Shown here in pieces: positions 13,342-25,747 of a DNA stretch of 64,000 bases. The first letter of the stretch is position 1, and each line of letters opens with the position of its first letter. This DNA is from Cyanophora paradoxa CCMP329. Lineage: Eukaryota; Plantae; Glaucophyta. The translations under genes and the position numbers were made by a program. Where the stretch lies: positions 310,001-374,000 of the forward strand of contig QPMI01000395.1 in the NCBI GenBank assembly GCA_004431415.1. The letters are read 5' to 3'. Below the pieces are notes generated by a model. That model was not told where the DNA came from and searched no databases. It saw nothing but the letters and a program-made list of their open reading frames with translations.

Positions 13342-14231
13342 GCTCGAGAGAAGCTTGCCCCGATTCTCCGCTGCAGCTGGCTCCAGCTTGCAATTGAGCG
13401 CCGGCCGCGGGAACGCAACCTTCCCTCAGATCTAGACGACCCCACCTCCTGGCCGCTTGCATCGGCCACCAGGTACTACGGTACCCCATCCCCGAACAAC
13501 GGGACCGCTTCAGCTGCAGTGTAATCGTCTGTGCCCTGGCAGACGCCCTGGTCCGGATCCGGGGCCAAGAAGACGTGCTCATGGACACCAACTCGCCTTT
13601 CGACGGCAGTAGTCGGTGCTGCGCCCACTGGCGCAGCCTCATCCTCACTCGGATCGATATCCTAGCCGTGAGCCAACGGCCCCAAGCACCCGGGCCCGGC
13701 CCCAGAGGCCCGCCCCAGCCCCTCCGGCCCCAGCTCCACCCCCGCCGCCGCGAGCTCCGGACCCCTGCCCTCTCTCCTGCCTCTCCTCAGCCTCAGCCTC
13801 CTCCCCCACCCCCCCCCCCCCACCCCCCCCCCCCCCCCCCCCAGCCCCTCCCCGCAGTCCAGCCCCGCGACCCCGCCGCCTCACGCGCCGCGAGCGCGAA
13901 CTGGCCGCTCTCCGTGACTCAGCCGGCTTCACCTCTGCCCGCAACAATCTCCCCGCACGTGGAGACCGCGGACCCCGACGTGCAGGTCCGGCTGTCCCCG
14001 CCCCGACCCACAGGACCACCCTCCCCCGAATCCTTTCGCCCCGGTGAGCCCTCCGACCCCCCCACACTGCCGTCACCTGCAGCTGTCGAACCGCAGGACC
14101 GGCCACCGCCCCGCCAGCCCCGCGCCCCCGCCGCCGGCCGCCCCCGCCGTCGCCGGCGCCGCCCCCAGTCCCCGCACCGCCGCTCCCATTCGAATTTTCC
14201 GCCCGCGCCCGCCAGCTCCACCCTGAGGCAC
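13342..14231 (+). mobile_element. Ulp1-fragment retro-insertion, 3'-truncated copy
   Basis: Same sequence and same breakpoint as 1835-2728. Confidence 0.7.
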
Positions 14232-14812
14232 GTAGGCCTGCCTGCGGCTGGCCTGCTAGCTTTGTAGCGGCTACTACCGGCTAGCTATATAGCCTTCAAG
14301 CTCAATCAACTTATGTACCCGGTAACTTCCAAAGGTTCGAAAAAATTCGGTGAGCCGAACCTGTTGGCCAGCAATTGCTATCATAGTATAGAATTATAAG
14401 GCTGCGCCAGGGTAGGCCTGCCTGCCGCAGTGCGGCTGGCCTGCCAGCTTTCTAGCGGCTAGCGATATAGCCTGCTAGCTCTATAGCCTTCAAGCCGGCG
14501 CCACCCCAGTGACCCGAGGCTGCACTGCCCCAAGGGCAGGAATGTTTTACGGTCCGTAGACTCCGTACGTATATACCGGTACTACTACCGTACTAGAACT
14601 ATTGCTGTACTTTCGAATGAGCGGCGTCCAGCCGTCGACGTCATCGCGTCACCGTCCAGCGTCACCGTCCAGAAATCGGCAAGCTAGAAAGGGTTGCCAA
14701 GTTGAATGAAGTTTTCATTGAGCTCGTTACCTCTGTACCCCAGTTCTTGAGGTGACATCACGGACATGACAGTTCAAGGGTCTCGGAGAGTTACGTTTAC
14801 ATGTGCACGTGT

Positions 14813-17800
14813 ACCTAGGCAAAAGTGCAAGCAGGGGGCCCGCACGGCATTGATACAGCCCTCGCGCATGTTGAAGACTTGATTTGCGCGCAAGTCCGAG
14901 GTCCGCACGCTCCAGCTTCCGATCCCACAGGACCGTTAACGTTGGGGGGTGGGACCGTTGGGGGGATACATACTCAGATTGGCATCGGGCACGATGCTGC
15001 TCGCAGAGCGCTCGTCTACGCTCCTGCAGCAGCTCTTGAGCCGGCACATCGTCGTCGTCCGCGCCAAGCACGCGCAGTTCAGCGCTCAGCCGCCCGCGCA
15101 GAGAGGAACGTCGCCGTACGCTCCGGAGCGCGGCCCGGGTCAGCATGTGCTCTTTCTTTCATCTCTTGAGCAGTCTGGTGCGTCTCGGGCAGCGCCTCGT
15201 CCCTTTGGCTGCGCTCTAAGCCGCGCACCGAGGTCTCTTCGACGAACTGGGCGCAAGGCTCACTGCCTGGTCGCCGAGTCACCGCAACAACGTCAAGGCC
15301 ACCGATACGGGTCGTCGGCTTCTTGATCTTCTGCGGAAAGAGCCCTGGAAGCTCGCGGTTTGGCCTACGTCCGCGTTGCGCACTTCTTTCCAAGGGCTCT
15401 GTGCCCGCTTTTCGCTTGCGCAGTTCAACAGCTGGTCACCGGCGACGACGAACGTGCAGAGGGCGGCGGCTTCGCGGCGGCGGAAGCGGGCGAGCGACCT
15501 GGCAGCCGTGCCGGTGGCCACGCAGGCGCTGCATGGCGGCCGTGGGCGCGAACCGCTTGCGTACGCGGGTCTACTACTTCTTCTCCTTCGAAGGCTTAAC
15601 GGTTCGCCCTTCCTCGCCTCGCCTTGGGGTCGCTTCCGTTCTGACCGTTGTTTCCCTCCTTCTCAAGCTCTCTTTCGGGGCGAGATCTTCCGTGCGGAGC
15701 ATGCGGGATGCATCATCCTGTGCGGTGAGAAGGCTCTGCAGTTTCTTCTCGGTCAGGTTCGCGCTGCCGTTCTTTTCCGCGATTCCGCCGCCGTACGCGA
15801 CACGCAGTCGCAGGCACCTGTGCGCTGGACTGGGCTCATTATGAACATCTGCATCAAAGGCACGACGACGAGCGGCCGCGCGGAGGCGTGGAAGGCGTTC
15901 CGGGCGAGGCGGGACTGGGTAAGCGTCCCCAAGGACGACCGCTTGCAGATCCCAGGCGGGCAAGCACCCGACTACAGCTTCGTGCTCGAGCTTCTGACGA
16001 TCACTGAGAAGGACGCAGTCGTGCGCGTGCTCTGCCTGAGTTTTCCGCACGCGCGCTCGGCCGATTCTCACAGAACGCGTGCAGAAGTGCGGGTTGAAGG
16101 GCCGCGAGCGACCTCGGACCTCGCTGGTCGCCTGGAGTGGAGTGCACAGGTGCGAAGCGCCCGCTGCGCTGCCTCGCAGGCTGCTTCTGACCCCGCACGC
16201 GCACGTACGCAGGAGGCTGTCCGGCGCTGCCTCGCGGAGGACGGCGCGGCCAGCGAGGACGTGCAGCGCATCCTCCTAAACTCGCTCACTCTCGAGAAGA
16301 ACGTCGAGCAGCTGACGTCGAAGGACCCGCCGCCGCGTCAGCGCGGCATCATCTCGGTGGCCGGCTTTTTGAATTCGCCCGCGGCCTGTGCGTACGCCTG
16401 CTGACTCTGCCTTGCGCAGGTTCTGGCCTGCGTTTGCCTCGCAGAGCGCCTGCCGAGCGCCGCCTTCCCGCGCTGCGCGAACGCGGGCATAGGCTCTGGC
16501 GTCGGCACTTCGGCCTGGGACGCCGCCTGGTGTGCAGCTTCTCAATGCGCACGGCTGCGCGTATCTGATTCCCGCTCTGCAGGGACGCGATCTCAGCGGA
16601 TCTGGGCGGGTCGCCCCGCCGGCAATCCCGGCGCCGGCGGATCTCGGCGTCCCTTCACCTACGCAAGCGTACGCGCCAGCGCCCCGTAGCCCCTCTTAAA
16701 AGCCCGCCCCCAACTGTTTCTTTACGAATCTTCAGCCTAGCGTTCTCTAAAAAACAATACCAGCATTCTTTCCAATGCGCGCGGCCACTGGCGAGCGCCC
16801 CGGGAAGGAGCTTTGCATGCGCACGCACACGTATATAGATATACAGGAATCGAACAGATCGAGAGGCGGGCGAGCCTCGGAGCCCGAGCTAGCAAGCGCC
16901 GAGTTTCCGAGCCGCCCGCGCCGTGTCGACGTCGAGCTGGGCGACGAGAGCGGGGCCGCCGGCGGGCGACGAGCGCGGGGCCGCTGGCCGGCGCCGCGGC
17001 CTCCCCGAGCTGCTGATGCTGCTACTGCTGCGAACGCGGGCGCTACGTCGCGTCGCCGCCGCCGCAAGCCGCGCCGCCCCGGCCCACAGTCGCCTGGCTG
17101 CCCGGAAGCGAGCGCGCATCTGCGAGAAAGCGTGCGTCCGCGCGTACGCGTTCAGGAGCGATTGCCTTGGGACGAGGCGCTTCGCGAACCTGAAGAGCGC
17201 CCCACGGGGCGCGGGAAGCCTCGCCGGGAGCCTTAGAACGAAGCGCGTGCCTGCACTGGCACGTGCCTGCCAGGCGAGTGCGCGTATAAGCACTGATTTC
17301 CGAAAGCGAGCGGAGCGGCCGCACCGTATTCGAGCTCCCGGCCGCCGCACAGAAGCCTGGGAGCGAGCGCGTGCCTGCGAGACGATCGCTCAAAAGCGAT
17401 TCCAGAGAGCGATAGCGAGAGGGCGTCCCTGCGCACCTGAAGCCGGCGCGGGCGACGGTGGGAAGCTGCCACCGCACAGCTGCCACTGAGGCCGAAAGCG
17501 GCCGCCGCACCTGCGAGAGTATGCAGGAGAGACGATAAGAAGCCAAGAAGCCACAAAGCGAAGGCAGGTTTACCTGAAGCGCGGTGGGGTTCAACGGACT
17601 CAACGCCGTGAGCCTGGCGCGGGCGACGGGCGGCCGCGAAGGTAAGCTAAGCTCTACGCTTCATCTGTAGAGCCCTCTCAGCCGCCCAGCAACCTCCGAA
17701 CTCCGCGCCGCGCTAGCTGGACGCTGCCTGGCCCCGGAGTGCTGCTGGCGAAGAGCTCCAGGCATCTGACGACGCTTCTGGTCGAGTAGCTACCGCCGAG

Positions 17801-18120
17801 CGCGTGGCGGCTTCTTGGCTGCAAAGGCTCGGTCGCAGCTGCTGCGTCGATTTGGCACTGGTACCCTCCGATCCCCTGCCCCCCCTCCAGCCAGGCGCGG
17901 CCCGGCAGCCCCGATCCGGCGGTGCCTGGCGATCGCCTGATTTCCATTCATAACGAACCGGCGATCGCTTCGCCAATGAGAAGACCGTGACGCGATACGT
18001 CACCGGCGACCGCAGAAACGAGAACACGCAAGCGATCGCTTTGCGGAGGCTCCTTGTTAGGGCTCGATTCCGATCGGGTACCCTTACTAACCGAGGCGAT
18101 CGCTGGAGAAATGAGAAGGC
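14813..18120 (+). pseudogene. PQ module copy 5: 5'-truncated multi-exon gene of unknown function
   Basis: Removing short GT..AG introns (e.g. GTTCGC..CGCAG, GTGCGC..CACAG) gives a continuous frame: ..GLFDELGARLTAW..LLRKEPWKLA/FNSW..AYAGLLLLLLRRLN/ALFRGEIFRAEHAGCIILCGEKALQFLLGQ/APVRWTGLIMNICIKG..LELLTITEKDAV.. No family recognised. Start and stop are not defined. Confidence 0.55.
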
Positions 18121-18329
18121 TCTAACCGTCCAGACCGTCCAGTGGAATATAAATGTGCAACTTATATTTTATTTTTGGTGAATTACGTATACCGGTACCG
18201 GCCGCAGCCTCTAGACACCAGCACTGCGGGGGCTGCCCAGGGGGCATATACAACAATTGCAAAGAGAACGACTGAAATAAGAAAACTAAGGCAAGAGCAC
18301 TATAGCTAAAAGCAACAAGACAACTTGGC

Positions 18330-19214
18330 GCTCGAGAGAAGCTTGCCCCGATTCTCCGCTGCAGCTGGCTCCAGCTTGCAATTGAGCGCCGGCCGCGGGA
18401 ACGCAACCTTCCCTCAGATCTAGACGACCCACCTCCTGGCCGCTTGCATCGGCCACCAGGTACTACGGTACCCATCCCGAACAACGGGACCGCTTCAGCT
18501 GCAGTGTAATCGTCTGTGCCCTGGCAGACGCCCTGGTCCGGATCCGGGGCCAAGAAGACGTGCTCATGGACACCAACTCGCCTTTCGACGGCAGTAGTCG
18601 GTGCTGCGCCCACTGGCGCAGCCTCATCCTCACTCGGATCGATATCCTAGCCGTGAGCCAACGGCCCCAAGCACCCGGGCCCGGCCCCAGAGGCCCGCCC
18701 CAGCCCCCTCCGGCCCCAGCTCCACCCCGCCGCCGCGAGCTCCGGACCCCTGCCCTCTCTCCTGCCTCTCCTCAGCCTCAGCCTCCTCCCCCCACCCCCC
18801 CCCCCCACCCCCCCCCCCCCCCCCCCCAGCCCCCTCCCGCAGTCCAGCCCCGCGACCCGCCGCCTCACGCGCCGCGAGCGCGAACTGGCCGCTCTCCGTG
18901 ACTCAGCCGGCTTCACCTCTGCCCGCAACAATCTCCCCGCACGTGGAGACCGCGGACCCCGACGTGCAGGTCCGGCTGTCCCCGCCCCGACCCACAGGAC
19001 CACCCTCCCCGAATCCTTTCGCCCCGGTGAGCCCCTCCGACCCCCCACACTGCCGTCACCTGCAGCTGTCGAACCGCAGGACCGGCCACCGCCCCGCCAG
19101 CCCCGCGCCCCCGCCGCCGGCCGCCCCCGCCGTCGCCGGCGCCGCCCCCAGTCCCCGCACCGCCGCTCCCATTCGAATTTTCCGCCCGCGCCCGCCAGCT
19201 CCACCCTGAGGCAC
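18330..19214 (+). mobile_element. Ulp1-fragment retro-insertion, 3'-truncated copy
   Basis: Same sequence and same breakpoint as 1835-2728. Confidence 0.7.
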
Positions 19215-20082
19215 GTAGGCCTGCCTGCGGCTGGCCTGCTAGCTTTGTAGCGGCTACTACCGGCTAGCTATATAGCCTTCAAGCTCAATCAACTTATGTA
19301 CCCGGTAACTTCCAAAGGTTCGAAAAAATTCGGTGAGCCGAACCTGTTGGCCAGCAATTGCTATCATAGTATAGAATTATAAGGCTGCGCCAGGGTAGGC
19401 CTGCCTGCCGCAGTGCGGCTGGCCTGCCAGCTTTCTAGCGGCTAGCGATATAGCCTGCTAGCTCTATAGCCTTCAAGCCGGCGCCACCCCAGTGACCCGA
19501 GGCTGCACTGCCCCAAGGGCAGGAATGTTTTACGGTCCGTAGACTCCGTACGTATATACCGGTACTACTACCGTACTAGAACTATTGCTGTACTTTCGAA
19601 TGAGCGGCGTCCAGCCGTCGACGTCATCGCGTCACCGTCCAGCGTCACCGTCCAGAAATCGGCAAGCTAGAAAGGGTTGCCAAGTTGAATGAAGTTTTCA
19701 TTGAGCTCGTTACCTCTGTACCCCAGTTCTTGAGGTGACATCACGGACATGACAGTTCAAGGGTCTCGGAGAGTTACGTTTACATGTGCACGTGTACCGT
19801 ATAGTACGTACACGATACTACGATATACCCCGGGTACGTAGAGATCTCGCCGCCGGGCGTGGACGTGGTCCAGTCTAACCGTCCAGACCGTCCAGTGGAA
19901 TATAAATGTGCAACTTATATTTTATTTTTGGTGAATTACGTATACCGGTACCGGCCGCAGCCTCTAGACACCAGCACTGCGGGGGCTGCCCAGGGGGCAT
20001 ATACAACAATTGCAAAGAGAACGACTGAAATAAGAAAACTAAGGCAAGAGCACTATAGCTAAAAGCAACAAGACAACTTGGC

Positions 20083-20964
20083 GCTCGAGAGAAGCTTGCC
20101 CCGATTCTCCGCTGCAGCTGGCTCCAGCTTGCAATTGAGCGCCGGCCGCGGGAACGCAACCTTCCCTCAGATCTAGACGACCCCACCTCCTGGCCGCTTG
20201 CATCGGCCACCAGGTACTACGGTACCCCATCCCGAACAACGGACCGCTTCAGCTGCAGTGTAATCGTCTGTGCCCTGGCAGACGCCCTGGTCCGGATCCG
20301 GGGCCAAGAAGACGTGCTCATGGACACCAACTCGCCTTTCGACGGCAGTAGTCGGTGCTGCGCCCACTGGCGCAGCCTCATCCTCACTCGGATCGATATC
20401 CTAGCCGTGAGCCAACGGCCCCAAGCACCCGGGCCCGGCCCCAGAGGCCCGCCCAGCCCCTCCGGCCCCAGCTCCACCCCGCCGCCGCGAGCTCCGGACC
20501 CCTGCCCTCTCTCCTGCCTCTCCTCAGCCTCAGCCTCCTCCCCCCACCCCCCCCCCCACCCCCCCCCCCCCCCCCCCAGCCCCCTCCCGCAGTCCAGCCC
20601 GCGACCCCGCCGCCTCACGCGCCGCGAGCGCGAACTGGCCGCTCTCCGTGACTCAGCCGGCTTCACCTCTGCCCGCAACAATCTCCCCGCACGTGGAGAC
20701 CGCGGACCCCGACGTGCAGGTCCGGCTGTCCCCGCCCCGACCCACAGGACCACCCTCCCCCGAATCCTTTCGCCCCGGTGAGCCCCTCCGACCCCCCCAC
20801 ACTGCCGTCACCTGCAGCTGTCGAACCGCAGGACCGGCCACCGCCCCGCCAGCCCCGCGCCCCCGCCGCCGGCCGCCCCGCCGTCGCCGGCGCCGCCCCA
20901 GTCCCCGCACCGCCGCTCCCATTCGAATTTTCCGCCCGCGCCCGCCAGCTCCACCCTGAGGCAC
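20083..20964 (+). mobile_element. Ulp1-fragment retro-insertion, 3'-truncated copy
   Basis: Same sequence and same breakpoint as 1835-2728. Confidence 0.7.
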
Positions 20965-21831
20965 GTAGGCCTGCCTGCGGCTGGCCTGCTAGCTTTGTAG
21001 CGGCTACTACCGGCTAGCTATATAGCCTTCAAGCTCAATCAACTTATGTACCCGGTAACTTCCAAAGGTTCGAAAAAATTCGGTGAGCCGAACCTGTTGG
21101 CCAGCAATTGCTATCATAGTATAGAATTATAAGGCTGCGCCAGGGTAGGCCTGCCTGCCGCAGTGCGGCTGGCCTGCCAGCTTTCTAGCGGCTAGCGATA
21201 TAGCCTGCTAGCTCTATAGCCTTCAAGCCGGCGCCACCCCAGTGACCCGAGGCTGCACTGCCCCAAGGGCAGGAATGTTTTACGGTCCGTAGACTCCGTA
21301 CGTATATACCGGTACTACTACCGTACTAGAACTATTGCTGTACTTTCGAATGAGCGGCGTCCAGCCGTCGACGTCATCGCGTCACCGTCCAGCGTCACCG
21401 TCCAGAAATCGGCAAGCTAGAAAGGGTTGCCAAGTTGAATGAAGTTTTCATTGAGCTCGTTACCTCTGTACCCCAGTTCTTGAGGTGACATCACGGACAT
21501 GACAGTTCAAGGGTCTCGGAGAGTTACGTTTACATGTGCACGTGTACCGTATAGTACGTACACGATACTACGATATACCCCGGGTACGTAGAGATCTCGC
21601 CGCCGGGCGTGGACGTGGTCCAGTCTAACCGTCCAGACCGTCCAGTGGAATATAAATGTGCAACTTATATTTTATTTTTGGTGAATTACGTATACCGGTA
21701 CCGGCCGCAGCCTCTAGACACCAGCACTGCGGGGGCTGCCCAGGGGCATATACAACAATTGCAAAGAGAACGACTGAAATAAGAAAACTAAGGCAAGAGC
21801 ACTATAGCTAAAAGCAACAAGACAACTTGGC

Positions 21832-23352
21832 GCTCGAGAGAAGCTTGCCCCGATTCTCCGCTGCAGCTGGCTCCAGCTTGCAATTGAGCGCCGGCCGCGG
21901 GAACGCAACCTTCCCTCAGATCTAGACGACCCCACCTCCTGGCCGCTTGCATCGGCCACCAGGTACTACGGTACCCCATCCCCGAACAACGGGACCGCTT
22001 CAGCTGCAGTGTAATCGTCTGTGCCCTGGCAGACGCCCTGGTCCGGATCCGGGGCCAAGAAGACGTGCTCATGGACACCAACTCGCCTTTCGACGGCAGT
22101 AGTCGGTGCTGCGCCCACTGGCGCAGCCTCATCCTCACTCGGATCGATATCCTAGCCGTGAGCCAACGGCCCCAAGCACCCGGGCCCGGCCCCAGAGGCC
22201 CGCCCCAGCCCCTCCGGCCCCAGCTCCACCCCCGCCGCCGCGAGCTCCGGACCCCTGCCCTCTCTCCTGCCTCTCCTCAGCCTCAGCCTCCTCCCCCCAC
22301 CCCCCCCCCCACCCCCCCCCCCCCCCCCCCCCAGCCCCTCCCGCAGTCCAGCCCCGCGACCCCGCCGCCTCACGCGCCGCGAGCGCGAACTGGCCGCTCT
22401 CCGTGACTCAGCCGGCTTCACCTCTGCCCGCAACAATCTCCCCGCACGTGGAGACCGCGGACCCCGACGTGCAGGTCCGGCTGTCCCCGCCCCCGACCCA
22501 CAGGACCACCCTCCCCGAATCCTTTCGCCCCGGTGAGCCCCTCCGACCCCCCCACACTGCCGTCACCTGCAGCTGTCGAACCGCAGGACCGGCCACCGCC
22601 CCGCCAGCCCCGCGCCCCCGCCGCCGGCCGCCCCCGCCGTCGCCGGCGCCGCCCCCAGTCCCCGCACCGCCGCTCCCATTCGAATTTTCCGCCCGCGCCC
22701 GCCAGCTCCACCCTGAGGCACTCCCGCCTCCAGACCGATGCCCCTCTGCCTAAATCCCCTGGCCCGCCACCGCCGCCGCCGAGCCCCGTACCCCCTTCTC
22801 TGCCCACCAAGGTACCACCCCCTGTTCCACCGCGGCGACCTCATCCAGTCCCTTCTCATCTTTGGCCTCTCCCCGCTGGGCTACAGACCCTGAGCCCGAA
22901 ATGCGCACTCCCCGCCCGCGCGCGCCGGGCTGACGCCGCGCTCGCGCTTGATTGGCCCGCTCCTGGAGGAGAGCAGCTGCAGGCCCCTCGGGCGTGGCCT
23001 GCCTGGGGGGCCCCGCGCCCGTCGGCGCCTGCACCGCAGAGGCGGTGCGCAATAAATCCTCCGGGGCCCTGCCCCAATAAACTCTCCGGCCCCAGCTCCC
23101 CACCCCCAACCCCACCCCCCCAACGGCCGCGCGGGCCCACCGAGGGCCGCAAGAGTGGCTCTAGGGGGTAGGGCTCGCAGTAGGGAGATTCCCTCGGGGT
23201 TAGTCTAGCTGGAGACCCAATAGGGGGGAGGTAAGCTAGACTTGTCGTGTGTTTGTAGGCTTAGGCCTAGGGTAGGCAGATAGCAGTAGCTGTTTGTCAA
23301 CTTGGGGCACTGTGGCACCAGTCCCCTAATACACTAGGGATTACAAAAAACA
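21832..23352 (+). mobile_element. 5'-truncated retro-insertion with Ulp1/SENP C-terminal half, complete to the A-tail (tandem duplicate)
   Basis: A 16-bp direct repeat AACAAGACAACTTGGC lies at 21816-21831 and 23353-23368. An AAAAAACA tail precedes the second repeat, and the Pro-rich ORF stops at 23171. Confidence 0.8.
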
Positions 23353-23685
23353 AACAAGACAACTTGGCAAAGAGCCAAAATCGAAAATGGAAAGGGTTGC
23401 CAAGTTGAATGAAGTTTTCATTGAGCTCGTTACCTCTGTACCCCAGTTCTTGAGGTGACATCACGGACATGACAGTTCAAGGGTCTCGGAGAGTTACGTT
23501 TACATGTGCACGTGTACCGTATAGTACGTACACGATACTACGATATACCCCGGGTACGTAGAGATCTCGCCGCCGGGCGTGGACGTGGTCCAGTCTAACC
23601 GTCCAGACCGTCCAGTGGAATATAAATGTGCAACTTATATTTTATTTTTGGTGAATTACGTATACCGGTACCGGCCGCAGCCTCT

Positions 23686-25747
23686 AGACACCAGCACTGC
23701 GGGGCTGCCCAGGGGGCATATACAACAATTGCAAAGAGAACGACTGAAATAAGAAAACTAAGGCAAGAGCACTATAGCTAAAAGCAACAAGACAACTTGG
23801 CGCTCGAGAGAAGCTTGCCCCGATTCTCCGCTGCAGCTGGCTCCAGCTTGCAATTGAGCGCCGGCCGCGGGAACGCAACCTTCCCTCAGATCTAGACGAC
23901 CCCACCTCCTGGCCGCTTGCATCGGCCACCAGGTACTACGGTACCCCATCCCGAACAACGGGACCGCTTCAGCTGCAGTGTAATCGTCTGTGCCCTGGCA
24001 GACGCCCTGGTCCGGATCCGGGGCCAAGAAGACGTGCTCATGGACACCAACTCGCCTTTCGACGGCAGTAGTCGGTGCTGCGCCCACTGGCGCAGCCTCA
24101 TCCTCACTCGGATCGATATCCTAGCCGTGAGCCAACGGCCCCAAGCACCCGGGCCCGGCCCCAGAGGCCCGCCCCAGCCCCCTCCGGCCCCAGCTCCACC
24201 CCCGCCGCCGCGAGCTCCGGACCCCCTGCCCTCTCTCCTGCCTCTCCTCAGCCTCAGCCTCCTCCCCCCACCCCCCCCCCCCACCCCCCCCCCCCCCCCC
24301 CCCCCCAGCCCCTCCCCGCAGTCCAGCCCCGCGACCCCGCCGCCTCACGCGCCGCGAGCGCGAACTGGCCGCTCTCCGTGACTCAGCCGGCTTCACCTCT
24401 GCCCGCAACAATCTCCCCGCACGTGGAGACCGCGGACCCCGACGTGCAGGTCCGGCTGTCCCCGCCCCGACCCACAGGACCACCCTCCCCGAATCCTTTC
24501 GCCCCGGTGAGCCCCTCCGACCCCCCACACTGCCGTCACCTGCAGCTGTCGAACCGCAGGACCGGCCACCGCCCCGCCAGCCCCGCGCCCCCGCCGCCGG
24601 CCGCCCCCGCCGTCGCCGGCGCCGCCCCCAGTCCCCGCACCGCCGCTCCCATTCGAATTTTCCGCCCGCGCCCGCCAGCTCCACCCTGAGGCACTCCCGC
24701 CTCCAGACCGATGCCCCCTCTGCCTAAATCCCCTGGCCCGCCACCGCCGCCGCCGAGCCCCGTACCCCCTTCTCTGCCCACCAAGGTACCACCCCCTGTT
24801 CCACCGCGGCGACCTCATCCAGTCCCTTCTCATCTTTGGCCTCTCCCCGCTGGGCTACAGACCCTGAGCCCGAAATGCGCACTCCCCGCCCGCGCGCGCC
24901 GGGCTGACGCCGCGCTCGCGCTTGATTGGCCCGCTCCTGGAGGAGAGCAGCTGCAGGCCCCTCGGGCGTGGCCTGCCTGGGGGGCCCCGCGCCCGTCGGC
25001 GCCTGCACCGCAGAGGCGGTGCGCAATAAATCCTCCGGGGCCCTGCCCCAATAAACTCTCCGGCCCCAGCTCCCCACCCCCAACCCCACCCCCCCAACGG
25101 CCGCGCGGGCCCACCGAGGGCCGCAAGAGTGGCTCTAGGGGGTAGGGCTCGCAGTAGGGAGATTCCCTCGGGGTTAGTCTAGCTGGAGACCCAATAGGGG
25201 GGAGGTAAGCTAGACTTGTCGTGTGTTTGTAGGCTTAGGCCTAGGGTAGGCAGATAGCAGTAGCTGTTTGTCAACTTGGGGCACTGTGGCACCAGTCCCC
25301 TAATACACTAGGGATTACAAAAAACAAACAAGACAACTTGGCAAAGAGCCAAAATCGACAGCAGAGGAAGAGAGTCCGAGAAGAGACGACGGACGAGAAA
25401 ATCCGAGACGGAGATCGCGATCGAGCTACAGAGTTAGAAGGAAAAGAAGAGGATATAGAGAGACACGAGAAAGAGCTAGCCTAGTAGAATCAGCACCGAG
25501 ATCTACAGTAGACGAAACCGACCAAGGAGGACAGAAGTGAGAAAGATATATCACAGGGAGCAGACAAGTAAGGGGAACAACAAGGCGATCACGAAGAGGA
25601 TCCGGAGGCGGAGGAGAAGGAGCTCGAGGTAAAGGGGAACGGCTCGAAAGCGGACCAGGGGGATCAAGAACATGCCAAAGGGCAGTCAAAGGGATCACAA
25701 AAGTCGGCCGAGGCGGGCAATCGAAATGCAAGCGACTGCGAACCACA
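23686..25747 (-). mobile_element. 3' remnant of a LINE-like element, interrupted by the Ulp1 retro-insertion
   Basis: 23710-23801 and 25343-25745 rejoin across the TSD into one purine-rich (+ strand) tract. It has a Pro/Ser-rich minus-strand ORF (..LHFDCP..PPPPDP..), compositionally like the LINE 3' end at 56220-57300. Confidence 0.5.
23802..25326 (+). mobile_element. 5'-truncated non-LTR retro-insertion with Ulp1/SENP (C48) C-terminal half, Pro-rich tail, 3'UTR and A-tail
   Basis: TSD AACAAGACAACTTGGC at 23786-23801 and 25327-25342. Translation includes IPEQRDRFSCSVIVCALADAL..PFD..HWRSLILTRI, stop at 25145, then a GT-rich UTR. Confidence 0.8.

Larger units (their letters stand above)
1..25358 (+). 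repeat. Complex modular tandem array (modules: PQ gene fragment, R retro-insertion, S and T spacers)
   Basis: The anchor TCTAACCGTCCAGACCGTCCAGTGG recurs at 1626, 8509, 13133, 18121, 19874, 21624 and 23594 (spacings 6883, 4624, 4988, 1753, 1750, 1970). Copies differ almost only by homopolymer indels. Confidence 0.95.

Noticed and set aside
1-25358. rDNA, viral/Polinton or Helitron array
   Set aside because: No rRNA motifs and no capsid, polB, Rep or helicase motifs were seen in any module.
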